From positions 7,072,001 through 7,136,000 of the forward strand of contig OZ245838.1 of NCBI GenBank assembly GCA_965228735.1: DNA of 64,000 bases. Reading direction: 5' to 3'. Source of the stretch: Planctomycetota bacterium. Its GTDB lineage: Bacteria; Planctomycetota; UBA1135; UBA2386. Within the stretch, counting starts at the first letter, position 1; every line of letters starts with the position of its first letter. Of this stretch, positions 37,667 to 47,601 are shown piece after piece. The notes below the pieces were generated by a model. It ran no database searches and had not been told where the DNA came from. It saw nothing but the letters and a program-made list of their open reading frames with translations. Both the position numbers and the translations under genes were made by a program.

Positions 37667-39160
37667 ATGCCTCGTCGTTGCGTGGTCGTCGCCCTCGTCG
37701 GTGGGTTCGTCGCCCTCGTGGCGACGGCGGGCAGGAGCCAGGCACCCTGCGGTGCAGTGCCGTACGGCAGCGGCGCGCCGGGCGCGAACGCCATCGTCCC
37801 GGACATCACGATCACCGGCCTGCCATTGCTCGGCAACGCCGGGTTCGGCTACCGCGTCGCCGACGTTCCAGGTGGGGCGTGGACGGTGCACCTGCTCGGG
37901 ATCGCGCCGGCGTCGACGAACGTGCTCGGCGTCGAAGTGCTCGTCGACACGCCCGTGGTGGCCGGCACGTTCGCCGCGTCGAACGGAGGGGCGGCGTTCC
38001 GTTTGCCCCTGCCATCAGCTCCCGCGCTGACCGGATTGCCGCTCTTCGCGCAGACCGGAGCGCTCGACCCGGCGGCCCCGCAGGGGATCTCGGCGAGCGC
38101 GGGGCTGATGGTCGACCTGCGGCGAAACAACATGCTCGGCGCCGTGAGCGCCTACCAGGGCGCCGCCGCGTCGGATGCGTTCTGCGCGATCCACTACCTC
38201 GGCAACGGTCGCATCATCGCCGGCAAGCGGTCGTCGACGGCCAGCAACCGCTTCCTGCTGAGCGTCGACTACGGAATCAACTGGCAGGTCGTGGGCTGTC
38301 CGGGCTCGACGGGCTCGCACGCCTACTTCTTCGGAGCGGATGGCGCGACGGTGTTCTCCGGCACCGGCGACACGGGCAACGCGTGCCTCATGCGCAGCGA
38401 TGATTCTGGCGGGACGTGGACGGTTGCGCTCACGACCGCGCAGATCGGCGCGCTCATCGGCAGCGCGGATCCCAAGGCCGTGTTCGGGCCCGTGGCGCTC
38501 GGCAATGGCGAGTGGCTCGTGAACATCAAGAGCTTCGACTCGAGCAGCTCCGTGATCCGTTCGACGGACAACGGCCAGACGTGGCAGTTGCCCGCGGCGC
38601 AGCCGGGCGTCGGACCGTCGTCGTGGGCGCGGCAGATGATCCGCACGGGCGACGGCGTGTTGCTGTGGCCTGAGGTGCTGACCGATCGCATGTTCCGCTC
38701 GGTCGACGGCGGCGCGTCGTGGAGCATCGCGACGGTGCCGGGTGCCGCGCTCTTCCAGCCCCTCTGCGATGCTGGCGCTGGCGTCTATCTGTGCGGGGAT
38801 GCGAGCCCGGCGGCGAACGGCACGATTCGTCTGCATCGCAGCCTCGACCAGGGGCTCACGTGGTCTGCCGTCGCCGCCGTCAACCTGCAGCAGCCCGCGG
38901 TGACCTACTGGCGCGACGTGATCCGCGCGGGCGGCGCGCTCTATGCGTCGGCGTGCTGTGTCGAAGGGCAGAGCCAGGCGCGCGCGATGCAGCTCTGCCG
39001 TTCGGTCGACGACGGCGCCACGTGGTGTTCGCTCGGCAATCCGTTCGTCGGGCCCTACGGCGGCATGCAGGCGATCTATCAGATGTGCGTGACGGAGCTC
39101 GGTGACGTGTTCGCCGCGTGCCAGCCCGACAGCACGATCGTTCGTTGGCGCGCGCCGTAG
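37667..39160 (+). CDS. Secreted Asp-box (BNR) beta-propeller protein with the shared domain at its N-terminus
   Basis: Six S.D.G..W boxes (SVDYGINW, SDDSGGTW, STDNGQTW, SVDGGASW, SLDQGLTW, SVDDGATW). Confidence 0.82.
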   Translation: MPRRCVVVALVGGFVALVATAGRSQAPCGAVPYGSGAPGANAIVPDITITGLPLLGNAGFGYRVADVPGGAWTVHLLGIAPASTNVLGVEVLVDTPVVAGTFAASNGGAAFRLPLPSAPALTGLPLFAQTGALDPAAPQGISASAGLMVDLRRNNMLGAVSAYQGAAASDAFCAIHYLGNGRIIAGKRSSTASNRFLLSVDYGINWQVVGCPGSTGSHAYFFGADGATVFSGTGDTGNACLMRSDDSGGTWTVALTTAQIGALIGSADPKAVFGPVALGNGEWLVNIKSFDSSSSVIRSTDNGQTWQLPAAQPGVGPSSWARQMIRTGDGVLLWPEVLTDRMFRSVDGGASWSIATVPGAALFQPLCDAGAGVYLCGDASPAANGTIRLHRSLDQGLTWSAVAAVNLQQPAVTYWRDVIRAGGALYASACCVEGQSQARAMQLCRSVDDGATWCSLGNPFVGPYGGMQAIYQMCVTELGDVFAACQPDSTIVRWRAP

Positions 39161-39381
39161 TTACGGCGTTGTCGGACTTGGGGAGAACGCTCCACATAGC
39201 GCGCGGACTCGCGCGGGCGATCGTGCAGTCGGCGCTCGTGGTGGGGTTGGCGCCAACCGGTGAGTGCGACGACAATCTGCCGAGTCAGGCAACTCGCCGC
39301 GCAACGATGCCCGTCGAGCCAGCCGCGAGCCGCGTTGGTTCGCCTCGGGAAGCCACCGTCAACCAGGTGTCAGGAAACCTC

Positions 39382-41286
39382 ATGCCGACGTTCCGTTTCG
39401 TCGTCGCAGCGACTCTCGCTGCAGCCGTTCAAGCCCAGGACTGCACGGGCACCACCGCGCAATCCGTCCTGCGCAACCGCGACCCCTGGGGGGCGACGTT
39501 CTTCTACGGCTCCAGCAACGGGCCGACGGGTGCGCAGACGCTCGCCCTGTTCTTCGATCTCGAGACGCGCGCCCCGATCACGATCGAAGCGATGCAGATC
39601 CCGACCTATGACCAGGGCGCGGGCAATCCGGTCATCCCGACCCAGCTCGGCAACGTCGCGGAGGTGCGCGTCTATCTGATCCCCGGCACGCGAACGGGCA
39701 ACGAGACGAACCAGAGCGCGTGGGGCATCGACGCTCTCGGTGTCGGCACGGCCGATGGCGCGCCCGAGGCGCTCGGCGAACTCACGGTGGTCGCGTGGAA
39801 CGGCGACAGTCCGATCGTCAACTTCAAGGATCCGGTGACCGGCCTGCCGGCGCCGTTCGACGTGCCCGTCGGGCAGTTCGGCGTCTGCCTCGAGGTCATC
39901 CCGACGACGTGGTCCGGAACGACCGCGCTGCCGCAGACGAACTTGCCGCTGCTCAACCCCGGCCCCCTGCACACGATCGGGGTGAGCCCCAACCCGGGCG
40001 TTGCGTGGGCCGATGATCTGATCACGGTCGACAACGACGGGGTGCAGCAGCGGGGTTGGCAGATCGTCGACCCGACCGGCGTGATCGGACCGAATCCGTC
40101 GCCGACCGGCGTCATCGACAGCATCAACATCGAGATCGCGTACACGCCGTCGCCCAACGCGGCACGCAGTCTCGCGTACGGCGAGGGCTGCTACGACCGG
40201 CCGCGGGCGTTCTACGACCAGCTCCCCGAAGCAACGGCGTCGGGCAGCTACCTCGAGAACACGGGGATGTCGTTCGCGCCGCTCGGCGCGCCGGTCGAGG
40301 CCTACCTGCCGGGTGCAGGTGCTGCGTATGCACCGCCTGGCGCGGGCGCGACGAATCTGGCGGCCGGCGCGTTCACGTCGAGCTCGAGCGCGTCCTGGGA
40401 CGACGCGAGCGTGACCCAGGCGCTCGGGTTCACGTTCCCGTTCCCGGGCGGCAGCACCGATACCGTCACGATCAACAGCAACGGCAAGATCTACCTCGGC
40501 GTGACCCTCGATGGATCGTTCGCGACCAACGGCGCCAGCTACGGCAGCGTCGCCGTGCTCGAGAACGGTCCGCCGAGCGGTCCGCTCGCGCAGTGGTGTC
40601 CGTTCTTCACCGACCTCGATCCGAGCGATCCGATAGCGCCTGCTGGCAGCGGCGTGTTCTTCGAACAGCTCACCCCGACGAGCTGCCGGATCCATTGGCA
40701 TGATCTGCCCAACTGGCCCGCCGTTGCCGGTCAGCTCAGTCAGGTCAGTATGACCCTCGATGCGTCCGGCCAGGTCGACGTCGCGTGGGGCGTGCTCGAG
40801 AACTCGGCGCCCGGGAGCGGCAACGACGCGCTCATCGGCTTCGCGAGCGGTAACGGCGAGCCGGTCGGGATGCCGCAGATGCTCACCGGTCTGTTCGGCA
40901 CGCCGACGGGCAACGGCGCCGTGGCGCCGAAGCTCGTGATCCGCGGTCGCCCGGTCGCCGGGGCAACGGTCGATCTCGAGATCGAGGACGTCTCGCCGGG
41001 CACGATCTGCGGCTGCATCTCGTTCGCCTATGGCTTCGAGCCGCTGCCCGGCGTGTCGCTCGCGAACTTCGGTCTGCCGGGCTGCTCGCTGTTCATCGAC
41101 AACAGCACCGTACTCGCGGGCGTGTTCTTCTTCCCCGGCCCGCAGAACGAGCTGCGCTGGAGCTGGTCGGTGCCGACCGGCTTCAACGGGGTCGGCACCT
41201 ACCTGCAGGCCGCGACGCTCACGCCGGGAGTCAACGCCGCGAGCCTGCTGATGACCAACGGGCTTTGCGCTCGACTCGGCCTCTGA
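39382..41286 (+). CDS. Secreted beta-rich protein with the shared terminal domain
   Basis: Signal peptide; WDDA...LGFTFPFPG...INSNG.I nidogen-like stretch; C-terminal GRPVAG...FGLPGCSLF...YLQ...MTNGLCARLGL. Confidence 0.8.
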   Translation: MPTFRFVVAATLAAAVQAQDCTGTTAQSVLRNRDPWGATFFYGSSNGPTGAQTLALFFDLETRAPITIEAMQIPTYDQGAGNPVIPTQLGNVAEVRVYLIPGTRTGNETNQSAWGIDALGVGTADGAPEALGELTVVAWNGDSPIVNFKDPVTGLPAPFDVPVGQFGVCLEVIPTTWSGTTALPQTNLPLLNPGPLHTIGVSPNPGVAWADDLITVDNDGVQQRGWQIVDPTGVIGPNPSPTGVIDSINIEIAYTPSPNAARSLAYGEGCYDRPRAFYDQLPEATASGSYLENTGMSFAPLGAPVEAYLPGAGAAYAPPGAGATNLAAGAFTSSSSASWDDASVTQALGFTFPFPGGSTDTVTINSNGKIYLGVTLDGSFATNGASYGSVAVLENGPPSGPLAQWCPFFTDLDPSDPIAPAGSGVFFEQLTPTSCRIHWHDLPNWPAVAGQLSQVSMTLDASGQVDVAWGVLENSAPGSGNDALIGFASGNGEPVGMPQMLTGLFGTPTGNGAVAPKLVIRGRPVAGATVDLEIEDVSPGTICGCISFAYGFEPLPGVSLANFGLPGCSLFIDNSTVLAGVFFFPGPQNELRWSWSVPTGFNGVGTYLQAATLTPGVNAASLLMTNGLCARLGL

Positions 41287-41400
41287 GGCCCCTCTACCCA
41301 TCCAGCTGTTTCACCAACGGCACCTCGACGCGCGAGCTCGCCTTCCGCGTCGTGGCGTCGTTGGCGAAGTTCGGATAGGGCGGGCGCGGCGAGGCACCGG

Positions 41401-44073
41401 TCAGCGTTTCGGTGGCTTCAGCGTCACGGTGATCTCGGTCGGAGTGCTGCCGTCGATGGTGCACTCCGCGTTGCCGAACGAGCGGAGGTCGTGCACGGTC
41501 ACATGGTAGTCGCCGGGCGGCAGGCCGTGCATCGTGAACGTGCGCCCGACGCACGTGCCTGGGAACGTCGTGCGAGCAGACGTCGAGTTCTTCGGCCTCA
41601 CGGCGACCTGCAGGGCCTCGGCATCGGACTCGCCGGTCACCGAGATGCGCAGCACTCCGGCGTCCGTCGGTCGCAGGTCGACCTCGTTGAGTTGGCCGCC
41701 GACGAGCTCGAGCTGCTCGTGGATCACCAGGCCGATAGTGCCGGGGAAGCTCCGCACCTGGATCCAGCAGGTGCCGGGCGCGAGGGCCTTGATGCGAAAG
41801 CGGCCTTGCTCGTCGGTGCGTTCCTCCGCTCGGTCGCGTTCGGTCGACACGGCGACGATGGCACGCGCGAGGGGCTGCCCGAGATGGTCGACCACGGTGC
41901 CGGCGAGCGTCGCGGCGGCCGGCACCTCGATGCGGCAGTCGGTTGCCTGCCCGGTCTCGATCGTGAGCGGACCGACGCTGTGTGACGGCCGACCTTCGGT
42001 TTCGACGAGCAGCGCGGCAGGACCGGCTGGCAGGTCGGCGAGGGTGAACGTGCCGTCCGCTGCGCTCGTCGCGCGGATGCGGGCGCCGTACTCGGTGTCG
42101 AAGTAATCCGGCGGCCGTTCCTCGGCGAAGTGCACGATGCGCGCGCCGGCGATCGGTTGGCCGTCCGCAGCCGCCACGACGGTGCCGCGGATCGAACCGC
42201 CGCGGACGAGACGAATCACGCAGTCGTCCGGGTCCGGATCGAGCGCCGCGACGACGCGGGGGTGGCGCGTCGGGGCGTAGCCGGACGCGGTGATCTCGAC
42301 CCCGCTGATCGCGCCGGCCGTGAACTGTTCGTTCTCGGTCACGAACACGCCGTCCGTGGTCTGGAACCGATAGCCCTCACGCACCCAGGTCGCGCTGTAC
42401 GACGAAACCGCCTCTTCGCCCGCCGCGACGGTGGCCTGGAACAGGTGGGCTCGGAAGTCGCGAACAGGCTCGCCGGTCGCGTCGTCGACGACCCGGCCGG
42501 CGAGTCGGGCCGCGTGCTGCACGACGATCCGCAGGTCGCCACGATCGACGGCGACGTCGCGCGTCAGCTGGCGTTTGATGCTCGAGCCGTACGCTTCGAG
42601 GTTCAGGACGCCGGCGGGCAGGCCTTCGAGGCGGAAGGAGCCGTCGGAGCCGGTCTGGCTGCGAATGTCGAGATACTCGCCGCGGTCGCTGCGATGCCGC
42701 GCGGAGTCGGGGCGACGCTGGAGCACCGACAGCAGGATGTCGGGTACGCCGTGCCCTTCGGCGTCGACGACGACGCCGGCCAGGAAGTGTCCCGCGCGCA
42801 GCTGCACGTCGACCGCGAGCTCGCTCCGATCTTCCGGCACCTCGAGCACGCGGGTGTCGGGAGCGAGACCTTCGCGGCTCGTGACGAGCGTTTGGGGACC
42901 CGGCTCGACCGCCGAGAACTCGAACGTGCCGTCGTCGTCCGAGACCGCGTCGAGCCGATTGTAGGCGTTCGGGCTGAAGCCGATGTAGAGCTCGGCGCCT
43001 GCGAGGGGGGCGCCGGTCGGGTCGAAGATCCGACCGTGCACCCGCACGCCGCGTCGCAGTTCGAGGACGTAGTCCGAGTCGGGTTGCTTGCCGTCGACCT
43101 GGGTCTTGGCCTCGACGTAGCCGTCCTTGCGCGCGAACAGCGAATGCGAGTTGCGCGCCGGATCCGCGTGCGTGATCTCGAAGCGGCCGGCGGCATCGCT
43201 CGTCGTCGGATCGTAGAGCGTGAAGAACGTCGCGACGGTTGCGCCCTCGACACCCGCGCCGTCTTCGTCGACGACCCGACCGCGGATCCGAAAACCGGGT
43301 GCCAGTCCGAAGTGGGCCTCCGCGGTGTCGCCGTCCAGGGTCAGGGTTTGGCGGGCGGTGGCGAAGCCGGGGGCGCCGGCTTCGACGCGCGTCCGGCCGT
43401 AGGGGTTGGCGACCGCGAACGCGAACGAGCCGTCCGCTTCGACCGGCCGCTTGTTGCGCACGGTGCCGACCCAGGCGTCTGGGATCGGTCGGCCGCTCTC
43501 GTCGTGGACCGTGCCGGTCACGGTGCAGTCGAGCGGCGAGACCCAGATCTCGAGATCCTGCGGCGGTGCGTCACCGCGCGGCACGAGCTCGGTCGAGCGG
43601 CGCGCCGTGTGTTCCGTCATGTCGCCGGCACCCGCGATCGTCACGGTGCCGATCGGCGGCGGCAGCGGCCATTCGAACGTGCCGTCGTCCGTGGTGGTGA
43701 TCGACCGTTCGTGGAGCGGCGCGCCATCGGTGGTGGCGCCGGCGTAGCAGCGCAGCTGGACGCGCGCACCCGGATAGCGAACGTTTCGGCGCTTCATCAC
43801 TTGGCCGCGGACGATCCACGTGTGGTGGGCGGGAACCGTTGGCGTCGGTCGGTCGCGTTGGATGCTGGCGGGCTTCGTCGTCGCGTCGTCGGCCGCGCTG
43901 GCGTGGGCGGTGGACGGTGCCGTCGGATCCGCGCCGCTTCGCGGGTCGGCATCCACCGGACCGCTTCGCGGCACGCCTGGTCCGGGGGCGATGGCGGCGT
44001 CGTCCCACAGCAGCCAGTAGCCGCAGCAGCACGCGGCGAGAACGGCGAGTGTCCCGAGCACGACCTTCTGCAT
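41401..44073 (-). CDS. Membrane-anchored carboxypeptidase-regulatory-like repeat protein
   Basis: N-terminal TM, low-complexity linker, about eight beta-sandwich repeats. Confidence 0.85.
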   Translation of the reverse strand: MQKVVLGTLAVLAACCCGYWLLWDDAAIAPGPGVPRSGPVDADPRSGADPTAPSTAHASAADDATTKPASIQRDRPTPTVPAHHTWIVRGQVMKRRNVRYPGARVQLRCYAGATTDGAPLHERSITTTDDGTFEWPLPPPIGTVTIAGAGDMTEHTARRSTELVPRGDAPPQDLEIWVSPLDCTVTGTVHDESGRPIPDAWVGTVRNKRPVEADGSFAFAVANPYGRTRVEAGAPGFATARQTLTLDGDTAEAHFGLAPGFRIRGRVVDEDGAGVEGATVATFFTLYDPTTSDAAGRFEITHADPARNSHSLFARKDGYVEAKTQVDGKQPDSDYVLELRRGVRVHGRIFDPTGAPLAGAELYIGFSPNAYNRLDAVSDDDGTFEFSAVEPGPQTLVTSREGLAPDTRVLEVPEDRSELAVDVQLRAGHFLAGVVVDAEGHGVPDILLSVLQRRPDSARHRSDRGEYLDIRSQTGSDGSFRLEGLPAGVLNLEAYGSSIKRQLTRDVAVDRGDLRIVVQHAARLAGRVVDDATGEPVRDFRAHLFQATVAAGEEAVSSYSATWVREGYRFQTTDGVFVTENEQFTAGAISGVEITASGYAPTRHPRVVAALDPDPDDCVIRLVRGGSIRGTVVAAADGQPIAGARIVHFAEERPPDYFDTEYGARIRATSAADGTFTLADLPAGPAALLVETEGRPSHSVGPLTIETGQATDCRIEVPAAATLAGTVVDHLGQPLARAIVAVSTERDRAEERTDEQGRFRIKALAPGTCWIQVRSFPGTIGLVIHEQLELVGGQLNEVDLRPTDAGVLRISVTGESDAEALQVAVRPKNSTSARTTFPGTCVGRTFTMHGLPPGDYHVTVHDLRSFGNAECTIDGSTPTEITVTLKPPKR

Positions 44074-44374
44074 GGTTCGCGATGCTATCGAGACCGCGGC
44101 GCGGCGCTCGGATCGTGCGGCAGGCGCGAACGTGTCACAGAGGTATGGGATGCACGGCGACGAAACGCGCGCCGTCGGTCGGGGATTCGCGGTCGCGATC
44201 GGGCCGGATTCTGCAGGCCTCGCAAGCTTGTTACTCGGCGGTTCGCGGCGAACGCGTCGTGCGTGGAACGTGAGACGTCCACGTGGCCTGTGACGGGGGA
44301 CGACCGGCGGGTCGATGCCGTGACGGCCGCCGTGAGTCGGTCAGGCCGCGCCCATCGAGTCTTGCTGGTGCCGT

Positions 44375-44389
44375 TGGCACGGTATTTGG
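44375..44389 (+). promoter_or_regulatory. Possible sigma-54-like promoter (imperfect -12)
   Basis: TGGCACGGTATTTGG: consensus -24 element but TTGG instead of TTGC. Confidence 0.3.
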
Positions 44390-44543
44390 GCCCGGATCAG
44401 GCATTCGACCCGGCAAAAACTGTCGGATAACGTGCGGGAGCAGCGCCTGCCCCCGGCGTTCTTCCCTTCCCGTTAGTGAGTCCGGGTCTCCGGCAGGCGT
44501 TCGCTTCTGCCACCTCAGTTCCCAACCAAAGGAAGCTCGCACG

Positions 44544-45638
44544 ATGAGAACCTCCATGCTCTCCGTCCCCGCCTGCACCCTCCTGCTCGCATCCGCCGCG
44601 ACGGCGCAGTGGTCCGACAACTTCGACACCTACAACATCGGCACCGTGACCGGCCAGGGCGGCTGGGAGGAGTGGACCACGGGTGCCGAGGCCTACGTCA
44701 CGACGACGCAGTTCCGCAGTGCGCCCAACTCGCTCGCGATCGGCCAGGCGACGCCGACCGGCACGCTCGAGAGCGACGTGGTGCAGCAGTACTACAACAC
44801 CAACATGGCCGCGTACTCGACGGGCCACTGGGTCTACACCGCCTGGCAGTACATCCCGAGCTCGATGACGGGCACGACGTACTTCATCCTGCTCAACACC
44901 TACAACATCGGTGGGCCCTACAACTGGTCGGTGCAGGTCGAGTTCGACGCGCAGACGGGTGACGTCGAGATCGACGCGGGCGCGTCCAACAACGGCAACA
45001 CCGCGATCATCCTCGATCAGTGGGTGCGTCTCACGGTCCACATCGACCTCGACAACGACACCTGCCAGTTCTACTACGACGACAAGCCGCTCGGCCCTGA
45101 GTACCAGTGGTCCGGTGGCGTCTTCGGCCAGGGCGGCGGCAATCAGTGGCTCGGTGCGGTCGACCTCTACGGCAACACCGCGACGGACTGCTACTACGAC
45201 GACATGGAGGCGCGGTACTACGGCTACGAGCTGATCGGCCGCAACCCGCCGTCGTCGGTCGGTCCGATCCAGTTCACCGAGCTGCTGTCCGCGACCATCA
45301 CCAACGGCGCGTGGATCACGCAGTTCGACGGCCTGCCGGACGCGCCGTTCTTCCACGTCGTGAGCACCAACCGCACGACCTCGACGCTCGGGACGCTGCC
45401 GATCGACCTCACGCCGTTCGGCCTCACCGGCATGTGCGCCTACGTCAACACGGAGAGCGTGCTGTTCCAGCTCGGCACCCCGACCGGAACGACGTTCCAG
45501 GGGCAGTTCGCCGTCACGATCGGTGGCCCGCAGTTGCTCGGCACCAACCTCTACCAGCAGCTGCTCTACCTCGACAACGGCCTGAACCCGGCGGGCGCGG
45601 GCATGTCCGACGCCTACGGCACGCGCATCACGATGTAG
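44544..45638 (+). CDS. Secreted lectin/LamG-like beta protein with the shared terminal domain
   Basis: AAGGA RBS; signal ending ATAQ; WSDNFDTY...DQWVRLTVHIDLD; C-terminal LPIDLTPFG...GTNLYQQ...MSDAY. Confidence 0.8.
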   Translation: MRTSMLSVPACTLLLASAATAQWSDNFDTYNIGTVTGQGGWEEWTTGAEAYVTTTQFRSAPNSLAIGQATPTGTLESDVVQQYYNTNMAAYSTGHWVYTAWQYIPSSMTGTTYFILLNTYNIGGPYNWSVQVEFDAQTGDVEIDAGASNNGNTAIILDQWVRLTVHIDLDNDTCQFYYDDKPLGPEYQWSGGVFGQGGGNQWLGAVDLYGNTATDCYYDDMEARYYGYELIGRNPPSSVGPIQFTELLSATITNGAWITQFDGLPDAPFFHVVSTNRTTSTLGTLPIDLTPFGLTGMCAYVNTESVLFQLGTPTGTTFQGQFAVTIGGPQLLGTNLYQQLLYLDNGLNPAGAGMSDAYGTRITM

Positions 45639-45777
45639 CTGGCTGCCGGGCGCCGGCGCGCGTTCGCGAGGGGGAGAAAGACTCGCGGACGCGCTGCCTG
45701 GCGTTATTGCCGGCTCTCGGCATCGAGAACCGCGGAACCGGCTTTGCGCGGCTCCGCCGAGGGGTGATCGTGGGGGA

Positions 45778-47253
45778 ATGCATGCTCCCGCGGGAACCCT
45801 CGGCGTCGCGCTCGTGACGGGTGCCCTGACGTTCGGCACCCTGGCCGTCGAATCGCTGTCGGCCCAATCGTCGTGGCCGCAGTTTCGTGGCCCGAACTCT
45901 CGCGGTCACGCAGAGGGCGGCGGGGCGTTGCCGATCGAGCTGGACCCGAACGCTGCGTCGTGGCGGGTCGAGGTCGGTCCGGGGCACTCGTCGCCGTGCC
46001 TGACCGCGGACCGCGTGTTCCTGACGTCGGGTCGCGAGCGCGAGCTCACGACGACGTGTTTCGATCGCGGTACGGGCAGGACGCTGTGGACCCGCAGCGT
46101 GCAGGTCGAGGCCGCGGAGCGCACGCATCGCGTCAACTCGATCGCGTCGCCGACGCCGGCCACGGACGGTGAACGGGTCGTCGTCTACTTCGGCTCGTTC
46201 GGCCTCCTGTGCTTCGACCTCGACGGCGAGGAGTTGTGGCGCCGGGAGTTCGCAGAGCGGCGCAACACGTTCGGAACGGCAGCGTCACCCGTCTTCGCGA
46301 AGGGCCGCGTGCTCGTCGCGCGCGACACCCAGGACGAGTCCGAGCTGCTGGCGCTGGATCCGCGGACCGGCGAGGACGTCTGGCGCGTCGACCGCAGCGG
46401 CTTCCCGTCGGCGTGGTCGACGCCGGTCGTCTGGTCCAACGCCGGGGTCGACGAGGTGCTCGTGTACGGTGCGTTCAAGCTCACGGCCTACGCGTTGTCC
46501 GACGGGCGCGAGCGCTGGTCCGTGCCCGGCCTCGCCGACGAACCCGCGATCACGCCGGTGATCGGCGACGGCCTCGTCTACGTGACGTCGTACAACATGC
46601 GGACGAGCCCGGAGGCGATCGGGTTGCCGAAGTGGAAGGAGCTGCTCGAGCGCTACGACGACAACGGCAACGGCACGCTCGATCGCGAGGAGGCCGCGAA
46701 GAACGACAGCATCCTGTCGCGCAGCGACGCGGACGGCGAGGGCGACCACCCGCTGCGCGGGTTCTTCCGCTGGCTCGACGGCGACCGTGACGGTGAGCTC
46801 AGCGAGCAGGAGTGGCAGAAGATCGTCGCCTGGCTCGAGAGCTTCGAGCACAAGAACGCGCTCGTCGCGATCCGCCCCGGCGACGACGAGCGCGATGCGG
46901 AGATCGCATGGCAACATCCGCGCGGTGTTCCCGAGTGCCCGTCACCGCTCTACCACGACGGCGCGGTCTACCTCGTGAAGAACGGCGGCCTCGCGACGTG
47001 CGTCGATGCCAGGACGGGCAAGTCGCACTACACCGCCCGGCTCGGCGCGCGCGGCCCCCGCTACAGCTCGCCAGTGGTGGGCGACGGCAAGATCTACGCG
47101 GCGTCGGCGCGCGGTCAGATCACGGTCTACAAGGTCGGGCCGAAGCTCGAGGTGCTGGCGCAGAACGACCTCGGCGAGCGCATCATGGCCACGCCCGCGC
47201 TCGTGGACGGGCAAGTGTTCGTGCGCACGGAGCGGCACCTCTACTGCTTCTGA
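45778..47253 (+). CDS. PQQ-binding-like (BamB-type) beta-propeller protein with EF-hand insert
   Basis: WPQFRGP, GHSSP, ASPTPATDG, WSTP, YSSPVVGDG, ATPALVDG...LYCF; EF-hand loops DDNGNGTLDREE and DGDRDGELSEQE. Confidence 0.88.
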   Translation: MHAPAGTLGVALVTGALTFGTLAVESLSAQSSWPQFRGPNSRGHAEGGGALPIELDPNAASWRVEVGPGHSSPCLTADRVFLTSGRERELTTTCFDRGTGRTLWTRSVQVEAAERTHRVNSIASPTPATDGERVVVYFGSFGLLCFDLDGEELWRREFAERRNTFGTAASPVFAKGRVLVARDTQDESELLALDPRTGEDVWRVDRSGFPSAWSTPVVWSNAGVDEVLVYGAFKLTAYALSDGRERWSVPGLADEPAITPVIGDGLVYVTSYNMRTSPEAIGLPKWKELLERYDDNGNGTLDREEAAKNDSILSRSDADGEGDHPLRGFFRWLDGDRDGELSEQEWQKIVAWLESFEHKNALVAIRPGDDERDAEIAWQHPRGVPECPSPLYHDGAVYLVKNGGLATCVDARTGKSHYTARLGARGPRYSSPVVGDGKIYAASARGQITVYKVGPKLEVLAQNDLGERIMATPALVDGQVFVRTERHLYCF

Positions 47254-47601
47254 GGTCTGCTGCGAGTCGAGTGCGCGCGGCGTGTGCGTCAGCGTTGCGG
47301 CTGGTCGACCTTGGCGAAGAGGGCAGCAGAGACGAAACGGCGCATGTCGGTTGGACGGCGATGGGGGTTGGTTCTTTCGAGCGCTCCGGGTTCTCGGCGT
47401 GAAACGATCTTGGCGTCGACGCCGCCCGTACTCGACGCGGGCCTTCTCGAGGTTCCTGGCCGTCGACCGCGAAAGCGAGAACCAGAACGACGGACGACCG
47501 GAGAATGGGGGCACGGTAGCGCGCGGGGACCCGCGGTGGCGGGGTTGCAACCGTGGTGCGATCGCGAGTCGGAGGCTTCCCGTCCGGTCGGGGTCGTTGG
47601 C

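Noticed and set aside
41294..41400. Second orphan C-terminus behind the 41401 gene (SSRVEVPLVKQLDG)
   Set aside because: Too short and lacks the PG.Y motif; may be chance.
47289..47515. Possible decayed gene remnant on the minus strand (signal-like ILRSSVVLVLAFAVDGQEP)
   Set aside because: No clear start, consistent frame or recognisable domain; cannot be supported by eye.
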